A stretch of 64,000 nt of DNA. Source: Octopus sinensis. Taxonomy: Eukaryota. How positions within the stretch are numbered: the first letter of the stretch is position 1; each line of letters begins with the position of its first letter. The notes below the pieces were generated by a model, which searched no databases, was not told the origin of the DNA, and saw only the letters and a program-made list of their open reading frames with translations. The DNA lies in NCBI RefSeq assembly GCF_006345805.1, contig NC_043007.1:48484001-48548000 (forward strand), given 5' to 3'. A program made the position numbers and the translations under genes. Positions 13,056 through 26,521 of the stretch are shown piece by piece.

Positions 13056-14084
13056 AGTGTTGGCAGTAACATTGTGTCTCTACTATTTATCATTTATATA
13101 AAAATCATATTTTACCTTCAGGATTATTCATTTACACATGTAATTAATATTTATATTAATTAACATAGGCATCTAAAGTTATAATATCCTCAAATAGCCT
13201 TCATCAAAAATTATTTTTTAAAAATGCTATGTGTGTGCAAGTTTGGGTGTGCATATATATATATTATATACATACACACATATACATATATGCGTACATA
13301 TACGCATTATATTTCTTCAAGAAAAAGATACAGAAAACAACCTTAATTATTTATAAGAATTAAAAGTTCAGATTGATTAAATTTACCAAAAGTTAAGAAT
13401 AAAAAAACAAAACAGAAAATATGCTTTAAAAAATTCATTTATATATTTTGTAGAAAATGTCTAAGTTAAAAGTGTATTTCACTATGTCACCTAAAGTAAG
13501 AAGATCAAGAAGAAGAATATGAATGAGCAAAATCTTTAAGAATTAAATATCAAAAAATTTATGAGCCTTAAGATATTAGGCTATTTAATAAAAAAAGAAA
13601 GAAAAAACTACTATCATTATTATTACTATTGTTATCATCATTATTAAGTTTTATCATTATTAAGTGCCTATAGTAGAAAGAAGTATTATTATTATCATTA
13701 TTATTAAAGTTAATGTGAATGTTAAGACTTCCTGAAGAAACACACAAACTTAGATAGGACAGAGGAAACGTAGGATTTAGCAACATGTGTGAAATAAAAC
13801 AAACACAAATGGGTGGGAATCAAAACAAACCTGACAAGAACTTAACCATTAAGATTATTACAGTAAAAATGATGGGAATAATAACAATTTGTAATTTTTT
13901 TCATGATGGATGGGGTAGGGAGTAGAAATAAAATAACTAATTCCTAATTTCTTCTCATTAGTTCTCATCAAATGAAATTAATTAAAAAAGATCAATTCAA
14001 ACTATATTTATAAATGAAAAAAACTTCATAACTTATATAAAACATTCAACTATTGAGTATATTATTGCTATTTTTTTACTTTTT

Positions 14085-16570
14085 TAAGGTAGTAAAATCG
14101 TTAGCAAGCTGGCAAAATCGTTAGTGCATCAGATGAAAATGCTTAGCAGTTCTCTATGTTGTGAGTTCAAATTCTGACAAAGTCAATTTTACCTGTTGTC
14201 CTTTCAGGGTCAATTTAACAAAGTATCAGGCAAGTACTGGGGTAAAACACCCCAATATCCTAAAATTGCTGACCTTGTACCAAAATTTGAAACAAAGAAT
14301 GCTTAGCAGCATTTCTACTGGAGTTCAGATTCTGCTGAAGTTGAACTATACCTTTCATCCTATCATGATCAATTAAGTCTTAGTCAAGCACTGGGATCAA
14401 TGTAATTAACTAGCAACCTATCCACAAAATTTCAGGCCTTGTGCATATAGTAGAAATGGTCATTATTATTAAGAGCAGTAGTAGTAGTAGTTTCTGTCTT
14501 CTGTGGCAAATCATTGTTAATATTGACAAAAACAACAGTTCTTTCTATTATGGACACAAGGCCCAAGATTTTGTGGGAAGGAGCTTAGATGAATACATCA
14601 TCCCCTGTATTTAACTGGTAGTTATTTATTGATCCAGAAAGGATGAAAATCGAAGTTGACCATGACAGTATTTGAGCTCAGAACATAGAACCAAAAGAAA
14701 TGGCACAAGGTATTTTTGTCTGATACACTAATGATTTTGCCAGCTCACCACCTCAGTTATGATATAAATAATAACAATTAATTCTTTCTAATTTTGACAG
14801 AAGACTAACAATTTCAGGAGACAGCTAAGCCAATTACATTGACTTCAGTGCTCAAATGGTACTTATTTTACTGACCCCAATAAAACAGGCACAAGGCCTG
14901 AAATTTTGGAGGAGGGGATAAATTGGCTACATCAACCGCAGTACTTTATTGGTGTCTTAATTTATCAACTCCAAAAGGATGAAAGGCCAGGTTAACCATG
15001 ACAGTATTTGGTTTCAGAACATTAAGCTGGAAGAAGTGCCACTAAGCATTTTGTCTGGTGTGCTAACGATTCTGCCAACTCATTCCCTTCACCACTTTGG
15101 TAATAATATTAATAATAACAATAATAATAATTTTAAAAAATAATAGTCACAATTCCTTCAGGTAAAATCATTACAGATAAGGGAGATGATCTCAAAATAT
15201 ACTGATATTAAAAGTAGAGTTAACAATGCCTAGCAGTAAAAGTGAAAGTTGCACCAGTTGTCATTGGAGTCTAGGGTTCAATCTCTAGAAATTTAACATA
15301 AAACCTGGAATGGTTTGACATCATAACAGATATGCAAGTGCTTCAAAATTCTGCTGCTCTCCTTAGAACAGCTCATATTCTTAGAAAGGTACCTTCTAAG
15401 GCCTTTTGTTAAGGCTTCAGAATTAACATGAAGAAAAAAACAACAAAAACTAGTTTTTTATATTCATACCATGCAAGGAAGATATAATGATCATAATAAT
15501 AATAATGGTTTCAAATTTTGGCACAAGGCCAGCAGTTTTGGAGGAAGGGTAAATCAATTTACATTGACCCCAGTGTGTAACTGGTACTTATTTCATCAAC
15601 CCCAAAAGGATGAAAGGCCAAGTCAGCCTCGGCGGAATTTGAACCCAGAAATACAGATGAAATACCACTAAGCATTTCACCTGGCATGCTAATGATTCTG
15701 CCAGCTCACCGCCTAAATAATAATAATAATAATAATGATAGATTCAAATTTTGGCACAAGGCCAGCAACTTCGAGGAGGGGGTAAGTCAATTACATTGAC
15801 CCCAGTGTTCAACTGGTACTTATTTTATTGATCCCAAAAGGATGAGAGGTAAAGTTGACCATGTCAGAATTTGAACTCAAAATGTAATGATGGAGGAATT
15901 GCTGCTAAGCATTTTTCCTGGCATGTTAATGATTCTACCAGCTCACCGCATTAATAATAATAATAAAAATTATAATACTAATAATCCTTTCTACTAAATT
16001 ATTGCGGGGCTGGGGACTATTCAATTACATCAACCCCAGTGTTTCACTGGTACTTAATTTATCAACCTCAAAAGGCTGATAGGCAAAGTTGACCTCGGTG
16101 GAATTTGACCTCAGAACATAGCGATGGTCAAAATACCGCTAAGCATTTTGTCCAGTGTGCTAACAATTCTGCCAGCTTGCGGCCTTCATATAATAATAAT
16201 AATAATTTGAACACAAGGCCAGCAATTTTAGGGAGGGGTGAGTCAATTACATTGACCTGCACCCCATCCCAGTATTCAACTGGTACTTATTTTATCAACC
16301 TCAAAAGGATGAAAAGCAAAGTCAACCCCAGTGGCATTAATAATAATAACAATGGTTTCAAATTTTGGCACAAGGCCAACAATTTTGCAGGAGGGGATAA
16401 GTCGATTAGATTGACCCCAATGTTCAACTGGTACTTATTTTATCTACCCCGAAAGGATGAAAGGCAAAGTCGACCTTTATGGAATTTGGATTTGAAACAA
16501 AAACGAACAAAACGTCACTAAACATTTTGCACGACATGCTAATGATTCTGCTAGCTCACCACCTTAATAA
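14085..16570. mobile_element. Cluster of ~10 SINE-A copies (2 plus, ~8 minus) separated by (AAT)n
   Basis: Repeated blocks ggcacaaggcc...cattgaccccagt...tggtacttattttat.gaccccaaaaggatgaaagg...gaactcag...ctaagcattt...gattctgccagctcacc at ~14545, 14785, 14890, 15505, 15740, 15985, 16208 and 16352. Plus-strand copies lie at 14085 and 14278. Confidence 0.9.
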
Positions 16571-16699
16571 TAGCAATTTTTTATTATTGCCACTAAAACA
16601 ATGAATGGTGAGACATTATATAAGAATAGGTTACAGAAACACTTGAGGTTTACACTGAAATTAAATGGAAAGCTACAGTATACACAGTATACCCCTAAA

Positions 16700-18300
16700 G
16701 GCTAAATACAGAATCCCCACAGATCTAAGATTACCTTAACCATGAAGTCTAAGCACTCTCTGCAGTTGCAGTCTTAGGCCTGCCGGTGCAACCTGACAAT
16801 TGATCCATTTATTTGGGTCATGTCCACCATTTTCACACCCCTTTTAACAAAGTGGAACTTGATAAAGACAATGAGGGCTTGACTGAAGAAATAAATATCT
16901 ATCTTCAGTCCTTGAAGTTGCATGCACCACACAATCTCTTTTGCCAGAGCTACAAGACAGAGAAAACCACCTGCCTTTCTTAGATAAAAGAAGGTTGTAA
17001 AATGATTATCATGATGAACTTCTTAGACAAAGGAATGTAATAAAGAACCCATCACAATGGATTCCACTGATAGACAGACTAGTCTTACCTGTGTCAACAG
17101 CTGTTTGACAAGTCAACAATGCTTGGATACTGAATGAGTGTGAGTAGAATAGCTTCTTCACTCTGCAAGCATCGAAGAGAGGCCTAGCTGAAAATAATTC
17201 CATGTCTATAGAGTTTATCATGAGCCAGCAATGCCCCTCTTTCATGGCAAAACTACCAGGCCACGATTTCAGGAGATTATCCATAACCTCCAGACAGAAA
17301 GTCCCCTCAGATAGAGCAGACAACTGATTCTTGGCAGATGGTCTAACCTGATCAGAGAAAAACTGGAACAAGCTGCAATAGTCAAGCAGTAGTATATGAC
17401 ACAGGTGATGTATATATTTGTTACCTATACCTGATCTTTCAGAGATAGCTTCCTCTCAGCTCATTTCTATGTATGATTAACTACATTTTTCTAATTTCAT
17501 TCAGATTTTCTAGCCACAACCAGATCACAAGCAACTTAATTGGGCACATCAGTCCAGAAACCAATGACACTGGCTAGTAGCATGGACTTGCCTCTCCAGA
17601 TGCCAACTTGGAAGCTCACTTATTTATTTGGATTAATTTTTTGCTCCTGTCACCACTTCTTATTCCTTTAGGATGGTGCCAAACCTCTTGTCTTTTGATA
17701 ATATTATGGTGATGCCTACATTCACAAACAATTCTCAATCATCTCTCAGTTTGAACAGGATGTCCCTCAGTACCAATAGTTTCTACAGCAGAGGCTCAAT
17801 ATCTGGTACATACAAAAGAGATGAGGGAGAATAATCTTAATTGACCAAGCATGTAATTCAAAATGGTTCTAACAGGAGACCATTTAATCTAAGCAAATGG
17901 CACTGAACCCAGCTGCACTGAGTACACCTACTAAGTAACTTGGGTCGACCCTGTCAAAAGGTTTCATTAGAGATCTACTAAAGCCAGGTTTGTTACATAA
18001 CCTTGCTATGATGTATTGAAGGAGGTGGAATTTTTCATGGATCAGTCTTCATGGGATCACACAGGTTGGTGCTTTCCTTATCTTACTACTTACAACAGTC
18101 ACCAACCTCTCCGCTAGCACCTTGGCCAAAATCTGCAACCCTGCTATTAGACTTATGGGCCAGAATTATCAATAATATCCCCCTTGTGTGAGACCTTTAT
18201 CAGCAATGCTCTCTAAACTTGGAATTCTCCCATCCTGATGCCTGTTACAATAGTTTCCTGAAAGTGCAGCAAACAAATCTGTCTGGCATATATATACATG
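16700..18300 (-). pseudogene. Tx1/L1-clade LINE RT remnant
   Basis: Broken minus-strand frames give (W)PISL...QILAKVLAERL...PTCVIP, KPFDRVDPSYL, EVTGAKIN, AERKLSLK and LSRKAGG, matching L1/Tx1 RT motifs. Confidence 0.78.
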
Positions 18301-18344
18301 TAAAGTTTATAGGACAGGTGATTTTTTTCCCCCAACCAATAATA

Positions 18345-18790
18345 GTAATGCTTTCTACTATAGACACAAGACCTGAAATTTTGGGGAGAGGGTTAGTTGA
18401 TTTCATTGACCCCAGTACTTGACTGGTACTTTATTTTATCAACCCCAGAAAGATGAAATGCAAAGCTGGCCCCAGTAAAATTTAAGGTCAGTATGTAAAG
18501 AGCCAGAAGAAATGCCGCTAAACATTTTATCCAATGTGTCTATGATTTTGTCAGCTTACCATCTTAATAATAATGCTTCCTAATTTTGGCACAAGACTAG
18601 CAATTTTGAGATGAGGGTTAAGTCAATTACATCAGCCCCAGTGGTCAACTGGTATTTATTTTATCAATCCCTAAAGGATGAAAACAAAGTCAACTTTAAT
18701 GGCATTTGGACTCAGAATGTAAAGTTGGAAGAAATGCCACTAATTATTTTGTCCAGTGCGTTAATGATTCTGCCAGCTCACTGCTTTAAT
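18345..18790 (-). mobile_element. Two tandem SINE-A copies
   Basis: Same blocks as the 14.5-16.6 kb cluster, joined by taataataat. Confidence 0.85.
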
Positions 18791-19429
18791 AATAGCAACA
18801 ACAACAATGGTAATATCAGTATTAAGAGTTTGTAAAGTTGAAGTAGCTTCCTGAAAGTAAAATTTCTGGCTTGATTATTACAATAATAATCAGAGAATTG
18901 AGGGACATTCATACATTGCCCTAAAGTATGGATAACATTAAAATGACATTGCAGTTGCAGAGAATTATTGAAACTACTATACAACCTCAAATCGCCAAGA
19001 ACTTATCACTGTAGAACACAGACTTCTTCACATGTTGGTCAAATATCAGTGGTTCTTCTTTTATTGAAAACTGAAGGAATGAACAGTCAAGCCCAACCAC
19101 AGTGAGATTTGAACACAAAACATTGATACAGTAAAATAGCCAGTTTTATCATCTCTGCCACAATTGTAATGAAAAGGAGAAAAAGAGAAATAGCAAATGT
19201 AGCTTTTGAGTCATTAAAGACTTCTATATTGAATGCATTCCTTTTAATAAACCTTCTACTGTGAATACACGGGATTTGCATAAGAGAATTATTTCAATAA
19301 TGATAACGAATTCTGATGGAAAAAATGGTTGTTTTTTTTTACCAAAATAATGCTTTTCTACAGCAGACATCAGCTGTTATTAGTTAAAATAGGAGGCAGG
19401 GGATAAAATTTGAAGATAATAATAATAAT

Positions 19430-19712
19430 AATAGTCATTTTAACCTCCACTTTTCTGTACTTGCACAAGTCAAATGGAGTTCATTGAAGCAAACTGACTA
19501 TGTTCAGATGCCCTTCTTGTCACCAACCCACATGTTTCCAAACTAGGTAATATTCCCTGCTGGCTAGATAAGTCTTTCCCAAAAGACTGGAAATGAACAA
19601 TATCACTTATATGATGCGATGAAGCTTGTTTACGATCTTCACATGAAAATAAAACACACATACATGTCATCAAGTATAAATGTTGATATCTGCATATATT
19701 TATACAGAGGCT

Positions 19713-19743
<31 letters not shown>

Positions 19744-19990
19744 GTACCAATTTTGCTGAACCCTAATTATAATTATGCTTATAATTATAGAATTTTTGTG
19801 AATGTGTGTATATATATATATATGTACATGCAAAGGGTTTTCTTTCAGTTTCTGTCTAGCAAAGCCACTCACAAGGATTTGGTTAGCCTGGAGCTGAAGT
19901 ACAAGATACTCGTCTGAAGTGCCACGCAGTAGGATTGAACCCAAAAACACATGGTTGGGAAGTAAGCTTCTTGACTACACAGTCATGCTA
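19430..19990 (-). mobile_element. SINE-C head/body with RTE-type tail
   Basis: SINE-C 5' half at 19830-19990. The tail at 19430-19680 has cagatgcccttcttgtcaccaacc and resembles 45960-46200. Confidence 0.6.
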
Positions 19991-22588
19991 AAATCATTCC
20001 TCAATAAACAACATGCAAACATGGAAAAGTGAGCATTATAATAATGATGATGATGATTGTGATAAATGAAAATAAATTATAAACAAAATACATATACATT
20101 TGAATAGAAAAAACAAAAATGAAAAAATAAAGAGCAAAAAACACTGATGAAATTCAAGATAGGAAACAAATGATTTACTTGACCATAGTGTATTACTGGT
20201 ACTTATTGAGCCATGGGGTAAAATGTAAAGAGCAAAACATCTGTTTTTAATATATGTGCTAATCTTACTTCTCTTTATTTTTTTTATAATAAAAATATTT
20301 TAAAATGTATTGTTTTCATTAGGAAGGATGACTTGGGGTGAATGTGATTTTTTTTTTCTTTTTGCTCACAATCATTCTTACCAGCTGCAACTTGTTGTCA
20401 GTTAAGCAGACTAAGTCTAGAAGAGTTCTGTGTCTTACATAAAAGCTACACTAAAAGGCTAAAGTTTCAATTATTTGTTGAAGTCGGTTAAAAAGGCCAG
20501 CACCTTAACACACAACCACTGTAGTATCTTATGAAGGTGAACATTAGTTACTACACTCAATGTGTTAGATTTGAATAAGGAAGAGGAAATATAAAAAAAA
20601 AAGCACAGCACTCATGGCCTTTCATGCTCAGAATTATTAAAGCATAGAACAAACTATCCCCATCAGATGTTAGCTGTCAAGACACTGCATCCTTCAAAGA
20701 TTCCATGCTGTCCAAAATTCACTAGCATTAATCTTGACGTCCTATGCATCCATTTTCTTTTTTTTTTATAGCTTTGTTACTGGCCACTTTTCTGTCTATT
20801 TATATTTTACTTTGTTACTCTGCATGTACTTTTGGCAATCATTGCTATTTTTCTTCATTTGACTTATTGCTGCTTTATGTCCTTGCTTTTTCTGTTTTCA
20901 AACAGGTGGTAGTATACATGAGTACTGTGTATAGTAAGCTCATTATTATAATTTCAACAAATGATAAAAATAAAACAAGGAAAACCAGTTAAATATACTT
21001 AAAAACTGTCTTTGATTAGTAACATAAATTAACGTTAAACTAAAATGTATTCAGTTTTAAAAATATCAAAAACTCAACTAAAAACAGGTTTTCTTTTTAA
21101 TGAAATTCTTTTCTTCTTTTACAATATTTATTTCAAAAACATGATATTTCTAGAGCTGCCTTCAGCTGACAACAGAGGTATTAATTAAAATCAGATCAAA
21201 ACTTGTGGCACTACTAACATACCCTCTTCCATTTAATGACTACCCTTTAAAATAGATGCTAATCACCTCATACAACTAAATGTTTCTCATTGTTTTTGCT
21301 AAACAACTAATTTCTAACATTGGCTCAAGGCCATAGATATCTAAGAGAAGGGGACAGTCAATTACTGACCCCAAAAAGATGAAATGTAAATAGGTTCAGC
21401 TAAACACAAGACATGCCCCCACTGATGCTATACCAACTCTGATAATCTACCATAATACAGACAATATATTCCTTATCTAACTGTCCTTTATCTGTCATCT
21501 GCTTGTTTTCATAGCCTTCTCATCATTAAAAAAGAAAAAGAAAAAGGTTCTGCCACTCTCACTGCTACTCACTCAACCCTCAGTTCCTATGTTACTCTCT
21601 CTTTGACTGTCTTGTTCAGGTTAATGTGGAGCCCCACTACATACATTGTTATAATTAAGATTTTAAAATGAAAACTGATTCAAGCCATTATGCTATGGCT
21701 ATGCTACAGCAGTAACATCTACACACATACACACTATAATTTACATGTATTTTTTTCTTTTGTGTAGGGTAAATAGTGTTGACTTTAATTAACCCTGTAT
21801 CCTCTCTGCTATACCCTACCCTCTCTTTCTTTCCACACCAGGGGACATTGGCAGCTAGGGTGAGATGACAGGTATGGTGGTGTACCTGGGATAATAGAAA
21901 CAACCAGGTTATAAGGCAGTGAGACAAAAAAGTTAATAATGGCAATGTCTCTCACTCTGTAGTAGGTAATACACTTTGTTGTCCAGTCAGCAAGAGAGTC
22001 ACAGATCAATCCTTGTTAGTGCTAAGTAAACTAAATTTTGTATTGGGACTATAATATTAATATATGTAATGAATTGCAAATATATGTAATTTATAACCAG
22101 TTAATTGTATATGAGTGAATTTGTTGTTGCTGCTGTTTAGGCCTAGGTTTACTCTGAAGAGGTTAATGGTTCCAACCATGGCCATTACATCTTCTCAAAG
22201 ACTAAATACTATATTGCAATAATGATAGTTACTCTAGAAGAATTTGTGTTTCTTTTTTTTTTTTTATTTATTTCTTCCTAAGTTGGAACACACACAATAT
22301 ATAATTACACAAACACATGCACATAGATACATACACACACTTGTTTGCAGATGACAATTTATTCCATTGCTAATCAAAGTTTCTTGTTATGTGTGATCTT
22401 TCAGATAAGATAATCACTTTAATGATTGCATATAACTCAGAGTAGCAACAAAGTGAATCATAGCTTTAAATGAATAAAGTCCACTATATGTATAGAGTAC
22501 TCTTTCTTCTATATGTACATCCAAACATGTGTATCATGTGTGTGTGTGAATGTATGGTATTTAATTTCTAAAAACACTCAGTGTGTGT

Positions 22589-22594
22589 GAGAGT

Positions 22595-22672
<78 letters not shown>
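22589..22672. repeat. (GA)n microsatellite
   Basis: Direct reading. Confidence 0.98.
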
Positions 22673-22674
<2 letters not shown>

Positions 22675-23454
22675 TGTCTTTAGAAATTTATCAAATACCA
22701 TTAATATATTTTGTTTGATTTTAGCCATTTCAAAACATTCTGGTCATTCTGGCAAACTAAGTAAGGTTATCTCTAGAGCTTTTTTGTTTTCAACTGAATG
22801 TCAAGCACTCCTATATTGGTACATTTTGTCATTTTGCCAAAGGTCACAGTTTTACAAACAATTAATAGTTTTTACCGACAACTTCAAGGAAGCTATATAT
22901 AAGTTACCTTCCACTACACAAACAGGCCATTCAAGAACAGTAATTACTTGAACAGTCTGCAACATTTAAAGGGGAGTCCTATCGTTGGAATGGCAAAAAC
23001 CTCAGCTCAGCCTATTTCATTTTAAATAGATCAATACCCTGGCTCTCATTAATCCAACCCAATATGGTTCATTTGCTCACATTTTACACCAATTTAGTAT
23101 TCCATTGGTGACATTGTGGCATTGTTAAAGACTTTTTATTGACAAGGCTTCAGTCAAGAGTCAAAATAATTATTAAACATGATTTATCCATTGCTATCAT
23201 TGGAACAGATAGAATTCAGATTATAACATGGGTTCAAATCATTCAACAGATACCAGTGTTCCCTTAAGCAAGATACATGGTTTATAAGTCACGGTCCTGC
23301 ACTGTGAACTAATTACGGCATCATAAAACATATTTGGGTGTCTACTAATGATATGTCATTCAATCACTTTATCCTACTAACTGGTGTCCGACTACAAGAG
23401 TTTAGAATTGAATGTTGACAGCAGCTTTGTGTATGAGCTTTCATTATTTAATTA

Positions 23455-23840
23455 ATGTTCATGTTGGCATAGGCTGCACTGTATGACTTATGGGTTCAAG
23501 GACTGCATCATGCTTATTTGTCTGCTCTGGCATGGTTTCTATAGCTGGATGCTCTTTCTAACGCCAACCACTTCTAATGCCATCTAGTACGGCATGTACT
23601 AGATGCTTTTTGTATGGCACCAGAACTAGTGAGGTTGCCATTAGCTTGCAAGACTATGAACCCCCAAGGGAGCAGATTTATGCTAAGAGATGAGCAGGGG
23701 AAGTATGAGAAAAGAGGCCAGAGCAGAGCAGGTTTCTTACAGTAAAAGAGCTATGTGACTACTCACATTTTAGAGAAAAGGAAGAGAATGATTGGATAGA
23801 GCTGGAAAGAGAAATAGTGATGATAAAGTGTCTGAGTTAA
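23455..23840 (-). mobile_element. RTE-type tail element
   Basis: ggcatggtttctatagctggatgctctttctaacgccaaccac; body resembles the reverse complement of 34830-35440. Confidence 0.65.
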
Positions 23841-24529
23841 AAAGTTGAAGTATTAGCCTGAAGTGAAACATGAAAAAGATAAACTAGCCCAAACTATGGT
23901 ATTGGTTGGTGGTAGGAAGTATAATAGTCTTGTATTGCTAGGATGTGGCTTTGATGTGTTTAGAAGAAACAATAGTAAGTATGATGTATCAGTAGTAGTG
24001 AGCACAATAGTGTTGTGGTAGCAGGAACAACTTTATATTTACTAGATGCACTGATATAGCTGACATGAACAGCCTTGAACCATTTGATTTAATAAAATTG
24101 GTAAATATGTTTGTTTACTTAGCTGAGCTAAGCTAGTAAACTAGTGGTAGATATGAAGTTAGAGATTAATAGAGCTACGAGAACTCTAGCAACAAAAGGA
24201 AATTCACCTTCCACAGTAAAAGACAAACAATATGATTTTATTGTGCCTCATAACATGGATGGTATATTGGCAGTGAGACTGAAACAAGGAATGTGTGTGT
24301 GTGTGGTGTGTGTGTGTGTGTGTGTGTGTGTTTAAAGAATAAGAGATAGAGAAGGCATGTAATGATGAGAGAGGAGTAAGTTGAATATTGGATATGTAAT
24401 GTGATGGGATAAAGACTAGTGATAGAAGTGAAATGAGAAGGTAAGAAATTATTAACAGCAACAAAATAGATTGATATGTTGGATGGGGTGTGAGGAAGAA
24501 TCAACATTGATGTGGATGATAGAGGCTTA

Positions 24530-24680
24530 TAACTGAATAGTGATGGTGAGTTGGATGTAGAAGGTAAATGTAGATGTCGACCAAGGAAGACTTGGGAAGT
24601 TGTTGTTTAATCAAGCCTAAGAAGGATTGTCTTCACAGATGAGATAATACAAGGTTGAAGAGGTTATTTACTGCAAACTC
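24530..24680 (+). pseudogene. RTE ORF C-terminal fragment
   Basis: LDVEGKCRCRPRKTWEVVV aligns to LAVEGTCGRGRPRETWDEVV of the 31878 ORF. Confidence 0.6.
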
Positions 24681-26178
24681 TTTCAGCCCAAACTGGCGAC
24701 AGGAGACTGAGATTTCAGAATGATGGCAATGATTATCTACACTAATATGGAAAATAGTGGGGAATGAATATGAAAACACTAACAACATGGATAGTATTGA
24801 TTTCATCTAAAAAGTTAAGTTAAAAGGTGAATTCATCTCATGGTAGTGTCATTTATCACAAATGTGACAAGTGATTTTTATTATATCATGCACATGACAA
24901 ATGATATATATATATATCACGTATATATCACACATTTGACAAAGATATCTGTCATCACTGCCATGTGTGTGTATGATAAACACATGTAATATTTATCACA
25001 CACACACATGACAATATCTTTCATATACACCACAAAACATTAGTCAGGAAAGTCAAAGGTCACATTCTATTGTAGTTTCACTACAGTTTACCTCACATCA
25101 TCATATCGGCCATTTATTTCAATGAACTGAGCTAATTAAACAGGATTTCTTCCAACCATTGCAGACTGACTTTAATAGAGACAGTGAAAAGGAAGTGGAT
25201 AACAACATCCTGGTGATACAGTAAATCAGAGAAAATTGGGCAAGTAATGAATGCATTAATGTGATCCTTTAATGAGGTGAGGCAAGAGTTGATCCCATGA
25301 CATGGTTTCAGGGAACTTTTAGAAACCTTGTCTATAGCAGCTTAATTATATGTCAATGATTAACAGAAAAGATGTAAGCTAAGGATACACATGTCCAATT
25401 ATTCAAACTGAGCACTGTAATGTCACCAATGCATTTTTAACATCATCATCATTATTATTATTATTATTATTATTACTACTACTATAGCATTATTTCAACA
25501 CTTGGTATGGTCAGGCCTTTGCAGAACAGATTTGAGTAGATGAACTCCTAATGGCTTTAATTACTATTTATCAATAGTGTGGTATTTAACTACTATGTGT
25601 TATAGTACAGTATTTAATTATTATATATTGTTATAAGGTATTAAAAGAAATAATTTGAAAAGAAGGTTAATATGGGTAGGAACAGTAACATTGGAAAATA
25701 TGGTATCAATCTAGGTTGAAATCCTACTGAAATCAATTGTTTCCTAGTTGATATAATTACCAGTAATATACTGTGTTATTTCAATCCACCTTTCTTTGTC
25801 ACTGAGCTCTTCACACAAATGATCAACAGTTTTAAAATATTTATGCAACAATACAAATAATTTTCTTTCTGATTGAAATAAAAAAAAAAAAGGTTTTTCA
25901 CTAAAATTTATTCATTTCAATTCTTTTCACCAGTCTATTATGGAAGATTAAACAACAGTTTTTAAATATATTTTTGTAGATGTTGTTTATAAATTCATAT
26001 AAAACTATATTTCTTCTAAAAGCTCAGGTTAACACACACACATTTTTAGGTAATTATAAAGTTTATGTGTAAGGCAAATAAAGACACCTTCCAGACAACA
26101 TGAACTTACAATTCAGATTATTTATTACCTAGCAATGTGGTTCTTTATTTGCATGGTCAATGTGCTTGTTGTGTGTGA

Positions 26179-26212
<34 letters not shown>

Positions 26213-26435
26213 TATGAAAATGTCCAGATCAACAGATACATTGTTAGAATCATATGCTCTAAAATCCCAAAACAAAGGACACCCAAGTAAAAATGATACA
26301 AAGAAGTCCTTAATGGTGAAGTTACTTAAGAAGTTATCATAAGATTACAGAGTATTATCAGAACAAAATGGTAAATTATAGCAACTAGTGTTCTACCTAG
26401 AATTATTTTGTTATGTTGCTCAGACAACATGATCC

Positions 26436-26436
<1 letters not shown>

Positions 26437-26516
<80 letters not shown>

Positions 26517-26521
26517 ATATA
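26437..26521. repeat. (TA)n microsatellite
   Basis: Direct reading. Confidence 0.98.

Noticed and set aside
19087-19281. 64-aa hydrophobic ORF as a membrane-protein exon
   Set aside because: No recognised homology and no downstream donor; consistent with chance in AT-rich DNA.
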